A DNA stretch of 64,000 bases from Planctomycetota bacterium (GTDB lineage Bacteria; Planctomycetota; Planctomycetia; Pirellulales; Pirellulaceae): positions 2,598 through 66,597 of the forward strand of contig JAQBZB010000010.1 in assembly GCA_027622275.1 (NCBI GenBank). The letters are read 5' to 3'. This document shows positions 28,647 through 37,539 of the stretch, one piece after another. The position numbers and the translations under genes are program-made. The notes below the pieces were generated by a model. It did not search any database. It was not told where the DNA came from and saw nothing but the letters and a program-made list of their open reading frames with translations. Position 1 is the first letter of the stretch. The number at the start of each line of letters is the position of its first letter.

Positions 28647-29750
28647 CTAGCCGCCAACCTTGGTCGGTTTATACTCGTGATCGCGTTTGCGAAGCACTTC
28701 GGCCTTGACGATCTTATCGGGTTCCGGCAGTTTGCCTCGGTCGTTCGGGTCGCGACGCTGAAGTTTGGCCAGCACGTCCAGCCCTTCGATGACACGCCCA
28801 AATACGGTGTGCTTACCATCCAGGTGCGCCGTCCGCTTGAATGTCAGAAAGAATTGCGAACCGCCCGTGTCACGACGACTGGTGTGAGCCATGCTTAAGG
28901 TGCCCCGGAAATGCTTGCGATGATCATCCTGATAGCACTCGCAGGCGATGTTGTATCCAGGTCCGCCGGCACCGGTTCCATCGGGACAACCGCCTTGGGC
29001 CATGAACCCTGACAAGACACGATGAAATGTCAAACCGTCGTAGTATCCCGATTCGACCAGGCTGACGAAATTGCCGACGGCTTGTGGTGCCTCGTTCTCG
29101 TACAGCTCGATAACCACAGTGCCTTTACTCGTTTCGAATTTGACGCGGGGCAGGTCATCGGCTTCGGCTTCCTTGGCTCGCGTCGCCTGTTCCGCGGCCC
29201 AGGCTTTCTTCGCCGTTGGCAGATCGCCTAGCGCGTTGCCAGCTTGTGGGGTAAGTGCCTCGGCCGCTTCAGCTTTCTTCAGATGCGTTTCCGCCGTGTC
29301 GAAGTCGTCCGTGCAGTAAGCGGCGACGCCGATGAAGGAGTCGAGCGCCGGCTCTTGGCAGCCGTTTTCAACGAGCAACTCTCCCAACTCCAACGCGCCT
29401 TCGTACTCGTCCCGCCGAACGTCGTTCGCCATTAAGCCGATCAGGCTTTTCTCGACGCGAGGATCGGCTTTTGGATCGGCCTTGTAGGCGGCGACCGAGG
29501 CTTTCCGGAGACGCGGGACGAGCTCCCGGCTCTGCTGGACAAGGACTTCGTATTCGGCGACGAGTGCGTCTTTCTCTCCCGCGGGAGCTGCCTGATACCG
29601 TGCGATCAATTTTTCGATCTGGGCGTTGGCGTCCGCCCACTCGGCATCGACGGCGTTGTATTCAGCCAGCGGGCCTTCCTGTGCGGCGACACCACGAGCG
29701 AGCAGACAGACGGCCAACAAAGCCACGATCGAAGTTACTCGAGTTCTCAT
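28647..29750 (-). CDS. Cyclophilin-type peptidyl-prolyl isomerase with N-terminal helical (TPR-like) domain, signal peptide
   Basis: FHRVLSGFMAQGGCPDGTGAGGPGY...FRGTLSMAH...GGSQFFLTF...LDGKHTVFGRV. Signal MRTRVTSIVALLAVCLLARGVAAQ (ATG 29750). Confidence 0.9.
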   Translation of the reverse strand: MRTRVTSIVALLAVCLLARGVAAQEGPLAEYNAVDAEWADANAQIEKLIARYQAAPAGEKDALVAEYEVLVQQSRELVPRLRKASVAAYKADPKADPRVEKSLIGLMANDVRRDEYEGALELGELLVENGCQEPALDSFIGVAAYCTDDFDTAETHLKKAEAAEALTPQAGNALGDLPTAKKAWAAEQATRAKEAEADDLPRVKFETSKGTVVIELYENEAPQAVGNFVSLVESGYYDGLTFHRVLSGFMAQGGCPDGTGAGGPGYNIACECYQDDHRKHFRGTLSMAHTSRRDTGGSQFFLTFKRTAHLDGKHTVFGRVIEGLDVLAKLQRRDPNDRGKLPEPDKIVKAEVLRKRDHEYKPTKVGG

Positions 29751-29763
29751 GACAAGCAGATTC

Positions 29764-31053
29764 CTATTGGACTTTGTTCGGTACGTAGTCGTGCTCCCGC
29801 TTCCGCAGCACTTCGATCTTCTCGATGCGGTCGGGCTGCGGCTGGTCTTTCGCTTCGGGGTTGACTCGTTCGAGCTTCGACAGCACGTCAAAGCCTTCGA
29901 TCACACGCCCGAAGGCGGTATGCACACCATTCAGGTGCGAGGTCGGCACAAAAGTTGTGAAAAACTGGGAGCCACCGGTATCCGGCTCGATCGTGTGAGC
30001 CATGCTGAGCGTACCGCGAAAGTGTTTGCGGTAGTTGTCTTGCTTGCACTCGCAATAGATGCTGTAGCCGGGGCCGCCGAGGCCCGTTCCAAGGGGACAA
30101 CCGCCCTGGGCCATGAAGTGTTCCAAGACGCGATGGAACGTCAGGTCATCATAGAAGCCTTTCTCGACCAGGCTGATAAAGTTTCCGACGGTTCCCGGGG
30201 CTTCGTTCTCGAACAATTCCACGATCAGTTCGCCTTTGGACGTCGTGATCTTGACGCGCGGCAAATCGTCCGCGGCAGCTTCTTTCTCGCGGATCTTTTG
30301 TTCTTCTTCCCAATAGGTTCGGTACTCGTCGAGCAAGCCGAGATACTTCTGTGCTTCCTTCGACAGGCCGCCGCGCTCGGTTGCTAACTTGAAATACTGT
30401 TCGGCTTTGTCAAAGTTGTTTGTGCAGAACGCCGCGACCGCGCCCTGCGAGAAAATTTCCGCGACGTCGCAGCCGTTGTCGATCAGCGCCTGCGAAACAA
30501 CAGCCGCCTCTTCGTAGGCGTCTCGCTCGGAGTCATCAGCCAGAATCTTGACTAAGAATCGGGTCAGTTCACGATCTTCGTTGGGTGCCGCGGCGAACGC
30601 CTTCGCGCCGAGATCGCCAAGTTCGCCGAGCAACTGTTCGCCTTTTGCCATCTGCTCGTTCCAGCGCTTGAGGATCGGCACGAGAGCATCCTCGTCGGCT
30701 TCTTCATATTCCGTCCGCAACTCGCGCAGATCCTTGAGCAGAGCTTTCCACTCGTTCAGCTTTGCGGCGAATGCAGCGGCAGCAGCGTCGGGCTGAGCAG
30801 CGAGTTCATCGGCGGTCTCGGGAGCTGCGGGCGGTGTCTCGGTTTTCGGTTCGGTGGTGGCTGTTGGTTCCGTCTTGGCGGGCTCGGGCGCAGTTTCGGC
30901 GGCAGCCTCTGCGGGTGCCGCTTCCGCCGGAGCGGACTCAGCCGCGGGAGTTGCTTCCGGTGCCGGAGCGTCCTGGCAGCGAGCCATCGAACCGAGTGAA
31001 ACAAGTACAAAAGAACACATTGAGGCCGTTAGAAGGTTAAATGGTCGCAACAT
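29764..31053 (-). CDS. Cyclophilin-type PPIase paralogue with longer Ala/Pro/Glu-rich + helical N-domain
   Basis: FHRVLEHFMAQGGCPLGTGLGGPGY...GGSQFFTTF...LNGVHTAFGRV. The start is uncertain (31053 or 31020). Confidence 0.88.
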   Translation of the reverse strand: MLRPFNLLTASMCSFVLVSLGSMARCQDAPAPEATPAAESAPAEAAPAEAAAETAPEPAKTEPTATTEPKTETPPAAPETADELAAQPDAAAAAFAAKLNEWKALLKDLRELRTEYEEADEDALVPILKRWNEQMAKGEQLLGELGDLGAKAFAAAPNEDRELTRFLVKILADDSERDAYEEAAVVSQALIDNGCDVAEIFSQGAVAAFCTNNFDKAEQYFKLATERGGLSKEAQKYLGLLDEYRTYWEEEQKIREKEAAADDLPRVKITTSKGELIVELFENEAPGTVGNFISLVEKGFYDDLTFHRVLEHFMAQGGCPLGTGLGGPGYSIYCECKQDNYRKHFRGTLSMAHTIEPDTGGSQFFTTFVPTSHLNGVHTAFGRVIEGFDVLSKLERVNPEAKDQPQPDRIEKIEVLRKREHDYVPNKVQ

Positions 31054-31167
31054 TCGTCGCACTCCTGCTGCTAATTGGGGACGGTGTAGGTCATTCGGAT
31101 CAGGGCCGATCGGCTGGGATTCAGCAAGCAAGTTATACGCTGCGGGTTCCGATCCGGTTCGTAAAGA

Positions 31168-31836
31168 TTAGATGCTTGCAACGCTGGAGTAAAGGCATCC
31201 GGCACCAATCACGCAGCCATTCAGGCTTTCACAGATTTCGACCAACATTTCCCACAGATACACGGCGTAACTTGGATCCACCCAAAACCGATAACGCGGA
31301 ACCTTCGTCGAGTCGTGCAAGATGCCGCAACTGACGCCGGCAACGCGAGTGAAGACGACTTGCCGTGCGGCGACTTCCCGGAAGTTGATGCCGCAGGTTT
31401 GCGCGAGGACTTCGTGCGCCCGAGCGCCAACCAGCAAAAAGGTTGCTTCTTCATGCACGACGCGAAACAACTCGCCCCGGTGTGAGTCTGCTTTTGCGAT
31501 CAGCTTGGGCACGACCGTATTCGCCATGCCGTCTTCGAGAAAGAATTCGTTCGCGCCCAGCCGTACAACCACGGCTCCTGGAGGCAGTGAGTTCGAATCG
31601 AAGATGCGCGCAGGAATTTCGATTCCCAGGCTATGCAGCCAACTTTCTGCGTCAGGCCCTTTCACGCCAAGCTTCTGTAACCCACTGACGTCACAGATTC
31701 CGAGCGATTCCCTGGCGCGAGTTTCCACGTCCGCGGATTGAACCCGCACGGCGAAGCAACTGCCGCCGAAGGCGCGCAACTCCGCTCCGCGTGCTTCTAG
31801 CAAGTGCTGAATCGGACTTCTTCTTGGTGTGTGCAT
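31168..31836 (-). CDS. mgdD: Sarcosine oxidase gamma / N-methylglutamate dehydrogenase subunit D family
   Basis: SoxG-like: ICDVSGLQKLGVKGPDAESWL...FLLVGARAHEVLAQTC. It is the last gene of the four-subunit set. Confidence 0.75.
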   Translation of the reverse strand: MHTPRRSPIQHLLEARGAELRAFGGSCFAVRVQSADVETRARESLGICDVSGLQKLGVKGPDAESWLHSLGIEIPARIFDSNSLPPGAVVVRLGANEFFLEDGMANTVVPKLIAKADSHRGELFRVVHEEATFLLVGARAHEVLAQTCGINFREVAARQVVFTRVAGVSCGILHDSTKVPRYRFWVDPSYAVYLWEMLVEICESLNGCVIGAGCLYSSVASI

Positions 31837-31861
31837 GTTAGTAGGTCACGTTCGCCAAAGT

Positions 31862-31885
31862 AGGTCACGTTCGCCGAACGTGACC
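31862..31885. repeat. Family-B hairpin (GGTCACGTTCG-C-CGAACGTGACC), preceded by a duplicated half-copy at 31842-31857
   Basis: Read directly; lies in the soxG/soxA-like spacer. Confidence 0.9.
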
Positions 31886-31921
31886 GGGTCGTAAAACAAG
31901 CGGTCGGGGCTTCTCGCGTTC

Positions 31922-31946
31922 AGGTCACTTTCGGCGAAAGTGACCT
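31922..31946. repeat. Family-B hairpin AGGTCACTTTCGGCGAAAGTGACCT
   Basis: Perfect 25-nt palindrome overlapping the TAG stop (31945-31947) of the alpha-subunit gene. Confidence 0.9.
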
Positions 31947-34845
31947 ACTGTCGTGTGTTTTCAGGGTCGTAAAAGGGCATGCTGGTGACGGTGGCTTCGA
32001 TGAGCGTGCCGTTGTCGATGCGAATCTTGACGATCGTGCCGACGTCCGCCAGATCGGGGCGGACCAGCGCCATCGCAATCGCGTGCCCAAGCGTCGAGCG
32101 CGGGGCGATGCTGGTGATCCGACCGGCGATCTCGCCGTTAGCGATGATCAAGTGACATTCCTCGGGCAGCGAGTTGATTTGGCCGGCCCGAAATACGAGC
32201 CCCACCAGTCGGCGCGTCAAAGGCTTCCGGCACATTATGTCCAAGCTGCGCGAACCGACGAAGAAGGATTTGTTCTTGCCAATCGCCCACGCGACGTCGG
32301 CTTCGAACGGGGTGGTGAGAGCATCCGTATCCTGGCCGATAATGAGATGGCCCTTTTCCAGACGGAGCAGGCGCTGTGCTTCGACACCGAACGCTCGAAT
32401 GCCGAACTGTGATCCCGCTTGCATGAGTGATGTCCACAAGTGATGCGTGAACGACGCCGGCACATGAATCTCGTATCCCAACTCGCCGACAAAGCCCACT
32501 CGCATTAAAGTCGCAGGTGCGCCGGCGACGGTCCCTTGGCGCAGGCCAAGATAGGGAAAGGCGTCCGCCGACAAGTCGACATCGGTCAACACACGCAACA
32601 CTTCGCGACAATTCGGGCCCGCGATGTTGATGGCCGCCAGATGGCCGGTTGCATTGACAAGCGTAACGTTCATGCTCCAGATCATCGCCCAACGCTGCAT
32701 CTCTCGATAAAACGCCCCCGCGCCGCTGCTCGTCGCCGTGACATAAAACCGGTTCTCCGCCACGCGCGCCACGACGCCGTCTTCGATGATGACTCCCGTC
32801 TCGTCGCAGGCCAATCCATATCGCACCCGACCGACTTGCTGCTTCGCGAACCGTCCGGTGTAAATCCGTTCGAGAAATCGCACGGCGTCCGGCCCATTGA
32901 TCCACAGCTTGCCTAACGTGCTGACGTCGATCAGACCAATGTTTTCGCGTACGTTCTTAGCTTCTTCAAAGATGCACTCTTCGCGACTGCGGCCTTCAAT
33001 CCGGTAATACTCGGGCCGTGACCAATCCCCGGCATGCATCATTTCCGCACTAGCCTTTCGGTGCCAGTCGTCGATCGGAGTGCGGCGCTGAGGATGGAAT
33101 CGGCGTCCGGCCAGGTGTCCGATCGAGACCGGCTGGTGAAAGGGCCGCGAGGTGGTTGTTCCCGTCTCGTTGATCGACGCCCCGTTCAACTTCGCCAGAA
33201 TTCGCACCGCGTTGATGTTCGACAGCTTGCCCTGGCTGGGCCCCATGCCGACGGTCGAGAATCGCTTCATCAACTCGATATTGTCGTAGCCTTCCTGGTG
33301 CGAGTTACTGAAGTCGACCAGATGCAAATCCTCGTCGAGATCGACGAAGTTCTTCTTGCCGCGGTGAGGAATGATCGGATAGGAATGGCTCGGCGGTTCA
33401 GCCTGATGGATCAGTTGATCAGGCACTTCGCCGTTGAAGCGCCCAAGGTGTGACGCGGCGGCCAGGCCTGCTCGATAGCCGTCGTCGATTTGTTGTTCCA
33501 GATCGAACACGCCGTTAGCTCGGCCCGCCGCGAACAGCCCGGCCGGCAACGATTGTGGCACGAGTTGTTCGACTCGTTCGTCATGCCTGAAACGCCCGCC
33601 GCCTTGATAGATCAGTCCGCCGTTGGGACTCCAGCCTACGCTCATGGCGATACCGTCGCAGTCGATGCGAGTGAGCGACCCGGTGCGAGGCGTGCCATCG
33701 CGATCCAGCGGGCAGATCGTGGCCGCTCGAATTCGTTTCTTTCCCGCCGCCGGCACCGCTTCGTAAACGCAATACCCTCGATGCACGGCGATTCCCGCGT
33801 CTTCCACGTCCCGCCCGAGCTTCGTCGGTTCGCCGTCGTGACGCAAGTCGACGATCGCCGCCACCTCGACTCCGGCGTCGTGCAAGTCGAGCGCGACACG
33901 ATAGCCGTCGCAATTCGCCGCGAGTACCACGGCGCGATCGAACGGCTTCACCGCATACAGATGAATCAGCCGTTGCGCTGCCGAACCGAGCATCACGCCG
34001 GGAAGATCGTTGTTCTGGAAAACGGCTGGTTGCTCGAAACAGCCTGCGGCAACCAGCATCGACTTGGCGCGGAGTTTCGTCAGCCGCTTGTCATCCACCA
34101 ACGCGATCCAATGATCGCCGTACCAACCGGCGGCCTGCGTACCGCAACGCAATTGGATGTTATCCATCGCGGCGACCTGTTCCAGGAGACCCTCCAGATG
34201 CTGCCCCGCGACGGCGTCTCTGGCCCATTGCCACCCGAGACTGCCGCCCGGTCGCGGCTGCTCGTCAACCATGAGCACTTGCAATCCCTGTTCCGCGGCC
34301 GCGATCGCGGCGGCCAATCCCGCTGGTCCGGAACCGACCACGAGCAAGTCGAAAAACGCGTAATTCTTCGGCGAGCAGGGAGGTTCGTTCGTCGGATTGA
34401 TTTTGCCAAGGCCCGCGACCTTGCGCATTTGATTCTCGTAGAACGGAAACAACCGCCGCGGGGTGTGAAACGCTTTGTAGTAGAAGCCGACGGGCAGAAA
34501 TCTAGCGAACTTTTCGGTGATGCTCAGCCGGTCCCTCTCGAGCCCGCCGATGGTGTTGACCGAACGGACATCGAGTCCCGCTGCGATGCGCAACAAGTCG
34601 CCGCGCAGGTTCGTCCGCTGGCCATCTTCGACCATCACGTTGGCGTCATGACCGGCCAGGCTGTAGATGCCCCGCGGCCGGTGATACTTGAAGCTGCGGC
34701 CGAGCAGCCGCACGTCGCTGGCCCACAGCGCGCTCGACAACACGTCGCCGGCAAAGCCGCGATACGTCGCACCTTCGAAGCGAAACTCGACCGGCCGGCT
34801 GCGATCGATCCATTCACCATTGCGGGGAGGCAATCTTCTATCCAT
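31945..34845 (-). CDS. mgdC: Sarcosine oxidase alpha / N-methylglutamate dehydrogenase subunit C family
   Basis: 966 aa. DLLVVGSGPAGLAAAIAAAEQG dinucleotide fold. C-terminal aminomethyltransferase (GcvT-like) folate domain (GLIDVSTLGKLWINGPDA...). Confidence 0.88.
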   Translation of the reverse strand: MDRRLPPRNGEWIDRSRPVEFRFEGATYRGFAGDVLSSALWASDVRLLGRSFKYHRPRGIYSLAGHDANVMVEDGQRTNLRGDLLRIAAGLDVRSVNTIGGLERDRLSITEKFARFLPVGFYYKAFHTPRRLFPFYENQMRKVAGLGKINPTNEPPCSPKNYAFFDLLVVGSGPAGLAAAIAAAEQGLQVLMVDEQPRPGGSLGWQWARDAVAGQHLEGLLEQVAAMDNIQLRCGTQAAGWYGDHWIALVDDKRLTKLRAKSMLVAAGCFEQPAVFQNNDLPGVMLGSAAQRLIHLYAVKPFDRAVVLAANCDGYRVALDLHDAGVEVAAIVDLRHDGEPTKLGRDVEDAGIAVHRGYCVYEAVPAAGKKRIRAATICPLDRDGTPRTGSLTRIDCDGIAMSVGWSPNGGLIYQGGGRFRHDERVEQLVPQSLPAGLFAAGRANGVFDLEQQIDDGYRAGLAAASHLGRFNGEVPDQLIHQAEPPSHSYPIIPHRGKKNFVDLDEDLHLVDFSNSHQEGYDNIELMKRFSTVGMGPSQGKLSNINAVRILAKLNGASINETGTTTSRPFHQPVSIGHLAGRRFHPQRRTPIDDWHRKASAEMMHAGDWSRPEYYRIEGRSREECIFEEAKNVRENIGLIDVSTLGKLWINGPDAVRFLERIYTGRFAKQQVGRVRYGLACDETGVIIEDGVVARVAENRFYVTATSSGAGAFYREMQRWAMIWSMNVTLVNATGHLAAINIAGPNCREVLRVLTDVDLSADAFPYLGLRQGTVAGAPATLMRVGFVGELGYEIHVPASFTHHLWTSLMQAGSQFGIRAFGVEAQRLLRLEKGHLIIGQDTDALTTPFEADVAWAIGKNKSFFVGSRSLDIMCRKPLTRRLVGLVFRAGQINSLPEECHLIIANGEIAGRITSIAPRSTLGHAIAMALVRPDLADVGTIVKIRIDNGTLIEATVTSMPFYDPENTRQ

Positions 34846-34860
34846 CGGGGCCTTCCTAGT

Positions 34861-34885
34861 AGGTCACTTTCGCCGAAAGTGACCT
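34861..34885. repeat. Family-B hairpin AGGTCACTTTCGCCGAAAGTGACCT
   Basis: Lies 15 nt upstream of the alpha-subunit ATG (34845). Confidence 0.9.
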
Positions 34886-34970
34886 CCGGAGCTATTCATG
34901 CTCCTGTTCACGGTCGAACGGTGTGCCACAAATCGAGTCGTCCGTTGTTCGGCGAATTCGTCGCGGTTCA

Positions 34971-34995
34971 AGGTCACGCTCGGCGAGCGTGACCT
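34971..34995. repeat. Family-B hairpin AGGTCACGCTCGGCGAGCGTGACCT
   Basis: Lies 16 nt after the delta-subunit stop (35012). The stem differs from other copies by paired changes. Confidence 0.9.
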
Positions 34996-35011
34996 ACTGG
35001 ATCGTGATCGT

Positions 35012-35278
35012 CTATCCATCGGTGCGCTCCGCGTTGTACAGGTACGTCCGCAGAAACTCGTCCGTGCGATTATCCCGTTCCGCGATGAACCATGTGCCAC
35101 TGGGCACGTGATACCACCACTCGCGTTTCACTCCGGGTTCACCGTCGCGATTGAAGACATAGTCGGCCCACTGCTGGTCGGTCAACTCCGCGGGATCGGG
35201 CATGGTGCGCACTTCGCCCCCGAAGTGAAACTCCTGCAACGGACGAGGGCCATTAATAGGACAGTTGATGATTTTCAT
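35012..35278 (-). CDS. mgdB: Sarcosine oxidase delta / N-methylglutamate dehydrogenase subunit B family
   Basis: MKIINCPINGPRPLQEFHFGGE...WWYHVPSGTWFIAERDNRTDE is the classic SoxD signature. Its ATG (35276-35278) overlaps the beta-subunit stop codon (35278-35280) by one base (ATTAATG). Confidence 0.9.
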   Translation of the reverse strand: MKIINCPINGPRPLQEFHFGGEVRTMPDPAELTDQQWADYVFNRDGEPGVKREWWYHVPSGTWFIAERDNRTDEFLRTYLYNAERTDG

Positions 35279-36522
35279 TAATGCCCGACCGACGCGGCTC
35301 CTTTTTCGCCGACCAGTTCCAGGCGATTGAATCGTGAGAGGTTAAACGCCGTGATCAATTCGTGGTCGCGATCCTCGGCCACCGTGAAGGCCATTGTCTT
35401 GCCGCTGATCGGAGTCGCCTTGAAGCCCCACGTTCCCCAACCGGCGTCGATGTAAAACCCGCTGATCGGCGTCGTGCCCATGATGGGCGAGAAGTCGGGC
35501 GTCATGTCGCATAGCCCGGCCCATTGCCGCAGTACTTTAATATCGCCCAGACAAGGAAACAGATCCAGCAGGCCGGCACTCATGCCTTCCGCAAAATCAA
35601 GCGTTGACCGCATCGAAATCAGCTCGTAGGGATCCAACGATGCGCCGGCCACCAATTCGCCGCGCGACGATTGACTGACGTACAGATGCAAGCTCGCCGA
35701 CACAACAATACTGTTCAGCCACGGCTTCAGTGGTTCGGTGACCAGTGCCTGGAGCGGATGGATCACCAGGGGAGTGCGGAGTCCAACCATCTTGGTGATG
35801 TGCGTGGTCCAGCCCGCGACGGCTGATAGCACTTTGCGAGTCTTGATAAACCCTTTGTCGGTGTGGACGCCCGCGACGGCACCGTCGCGAATCTCGATGT
35901 CGGTGACCGCCGTCTGTTGATGAATCTCGACTCCACGCCGGTCGGCTCCGCGAGCATAGCCCCAGGCCACCGCATCGTGCCGCGCGATGGCACCGGGCGG
36001 ATGATAAAGAGCCCCGCAGATCGGAGCCTGCTGCCCGCCGACGCTCAAGTCAATCTCGGGCACCGTTTCCTTGATGAAAGCGGGGGTAACGACGCGGCTG
36101 TTGATGCCCAGATGCTTGTTGACTTCGGCACGCCAGCGCTGTGTCCGCAGCGAAGCCGGTGAATGTGCGAGCGTAAAGTGCCCGCGCTCGGAATAAAACA
36201 GGTTGAGGTTCAATTCGCGCGAGAGATCTTGAAACAGCTCGACACTGCCTTGATAAAACCGGACTCCTTCGGGCGTGAGATAGTTCGAGCGGACAATCGC
36301 CGTGTTGCGTCCCGTGCCACCGCCGCCGAGGTAGCCCTTTTCCAGAACAGCCACGTTGGTGATACCGTGATCTTTGGCCAAATAATAAGCAGCAGCCAAA
36401 CCGTGTCCACCGCCGCCAATGATCACCGCGTCGTATTCGCTCTTCAACCCAGCCGGCGCGCGGAACATCCGCGGCTCGGGATGCTTCTTGCTGAGGGCGA
36501 ACTTTAGTAAGCGGTGAGGCAT
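35278..36522 (-). CDS. mgdA: Sarcosine oxidase beta / N-methylglutamate dehydrogenase subunit A family (FAD)
   Basis: YDAVIIGGGGHGLAAAYYLAK...GRNTAIVRSNY...; 414 aa. Confidence 0.9.
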   Translation of the reverse strand: MPHRLLKFALSKKHPEPRMFRAPAGLKSEYDAVIIGGGGHGLAAAYYLAKDHGITNVAVLEKGYLGGGGTGRNTAIVRSNYLTPEGVRFYQGSVELFQDLSRELNLNLFYSERGHFTLAHSPASLRTQRWRAEVNKHLGINSRVVTPAFIKETVPEIDLSVGGQQAPICGALYHPPGAIARHDAVAWGYARGADRRGVEIHQQTAVTDIEIRDGAVAGVHTDKGFIKTRKVLSAVAGWTTHITKMVGLRTPLVIHPLQALVTEPLKPWLNSIVVSASLHLYVSQSSRGELVAGASLDPYELISMRSTLDFAEGMSAGLLDLFPCLGDIKVLRQWAGLCDMTPDFSPIMGTTPISGFYIDAGWGTWGFKATPISGKTMAFTVAEDRDHELITAFNLSRFNRLELVGEKGAASVGH

Positions 36523-36529
36523 TATGAGT

Positions 36530-36554
36530 AGGTCACTTTCGCCGAAAGTGACCT
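36530..36554. repeat. Family-B hairpin AGGTCACTTTCGCCGAAAGTGACCT
   Basis: Lies 7 nt upstream of the beta-subunit ATG (36522). Confidence 0.9.
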
Positions 36555-36574
36555 CGCGGCATTGAGGGGGTTGC

Positions 36575-36599
36575 AGGTCACGCTCAGCGAGCGTGACCT
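36575..36599. repeat. Family-B hairpin AGGTCACGCTCAGCGAGCGTGACCT
   Basis: Lies 10 nt after the stop of the TIM-barrel gene (36610). Confidence 0.9.
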
Positions 36600-36609
36600 A
36601 CTAAAAAAA

Positions 36610-37500
36610 TCATTCGTCTTGCGTCTCCCGCATCCATTCGAGGTACCGTGCCGAATACGCGTCCAGGTTCTCGATCGCGCCGCCACCTCGCACGGGAGAA
36701 CACATCTCGAAGTTGGCAAGGCCGTCGAATCCGCCGTCTTTCAAACCCCGGAAGAACGCCGAATAGTCGATAAAGCCGTCGCCGAATTTCACCGCCCGCA
36801 CCATATCCGGTTGCGCACGTTCATAGTTGATCAAATCCGGCTGGTAATGGAAGCGGGGCAGCCGCACATAGTCGGCGTTCGTCGTGATGGCCGCGTGCGG
36901 CGCCATCTTTTTGGCCGACTCGTACAGGTCTTCACCGCGCAGCGCCGGCGACCAGGCGTCGAAACCGAGTTTGCAGTTTGGGCGGTCGATGTCGTGCAAG
37001 ACTTCCAGCAGCACGTCACTATGCACGCCAAGATCGTGATGATTCTGTACGGCCAAGGTGATGCCGTGCGCGGCCGCGCGGTCGCACATCTCCTGAAGTG
37101 TACGGACGACGTCCTTCCAGATGGCATGTGGGCTGTGACCGGCAACTTCGTACGCGGTGAAGACGCGGACGACGGATGCGTCGAGCGCTGCCGCGATCTT
37201 CGCCAGCGATTCGACGTAGGCGATCTGCATCTCCAAGTAGGGCACTTCAGCTGCGGCTGTCGGCGCGAGATCCGTGTAGCCGGCGATGACGCCGCACTCG
37301 ATCGAGTGTTCGGCGAGCGCAGCCTTGACCACCGCGATGGTGTCCGCGTCGGCGTCCAGTGGAGATAGATGCGGCCGCTTCCCGGCGATCATCACCGCGT
37401 CGTAGCCCAGCGCGGCGGCTTTGGCAATGAACGCCGGTAGGTCCAGCTTGTGCTGCCCCCAATAGCCGGCGTAACTGACGGAGAAGAGACTGAGTTTCAT
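36610..37500 (-). CDS. Xylose-isomerase-like TIM-barrel protein (sugar phosphate isomerase/epimerase family)
   Basis: MKLSLFSVSYAGYWGQ...GYDAVMIAGKRPH...VRVFT...ITLAVQNHHDLG...: family-level resemblance only. Confidence 0.7.
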   Translation of the reverse strand: MKLSLFSVSYAGYWGQHKLDLPAFIAKAAALGYDAVMIAGKRPHLSPLDADADTIAVVKAALAEHSIECGVIAGYTDLAPTAAAEVPYLEMQIAYVESLAKIAAALDASVVRVFTAYEVAGHSPHAIWKDVVRTLQEMCDRAAAHGITLAVQNHHDLGVHSDVLLEVLHDIDRPNCKLGFDAWSPALRGEDLYESAKKMAPHAAITTNADYVRLPRFHYQPDLINYERAQPDMVRAVKFGDGFIDYSAFFRGLKDGGFDGLANFEMCSPVRGGGAIENLDAYSARYLEWMRETQDE

Positions 37501-37513
37501 GGGTTACCTCGGT

Positions 37514-37538
37514 GGGTCACTTTCGGCGAAAGTGACCT
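37514..37538. repeat. Family-B hairpin GGGTCACTTTCGGCGAAAGTGACCT
   Basis: Fills the 39-nt spacer between the GS-like gene stop (37540) and the TIM-barrel start (37500). Confidence 0.9.
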
Positions 37539-37539
37539 A

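Noticed and set aside
33490-34992. Long antisense ORFs: 33490..34992, 46696..48039, 19756..20850, 1336..2394, 3922..5004, 41267..42340, 39756..40814 and 17780..18532
   Set aside because: All lie opposite strongly recognisable genes. They are Arg/Gly/Asp/His-rich, as expected of high-GC antisense frames, and match no family.
31842-37538. Regularly recurring 25-nt palindromes as a CRISPR array
   Set aside because: The 'spacers' are 0.1-2.9-kb protein-coding genes, the repeats vary, and no cas genes are present.
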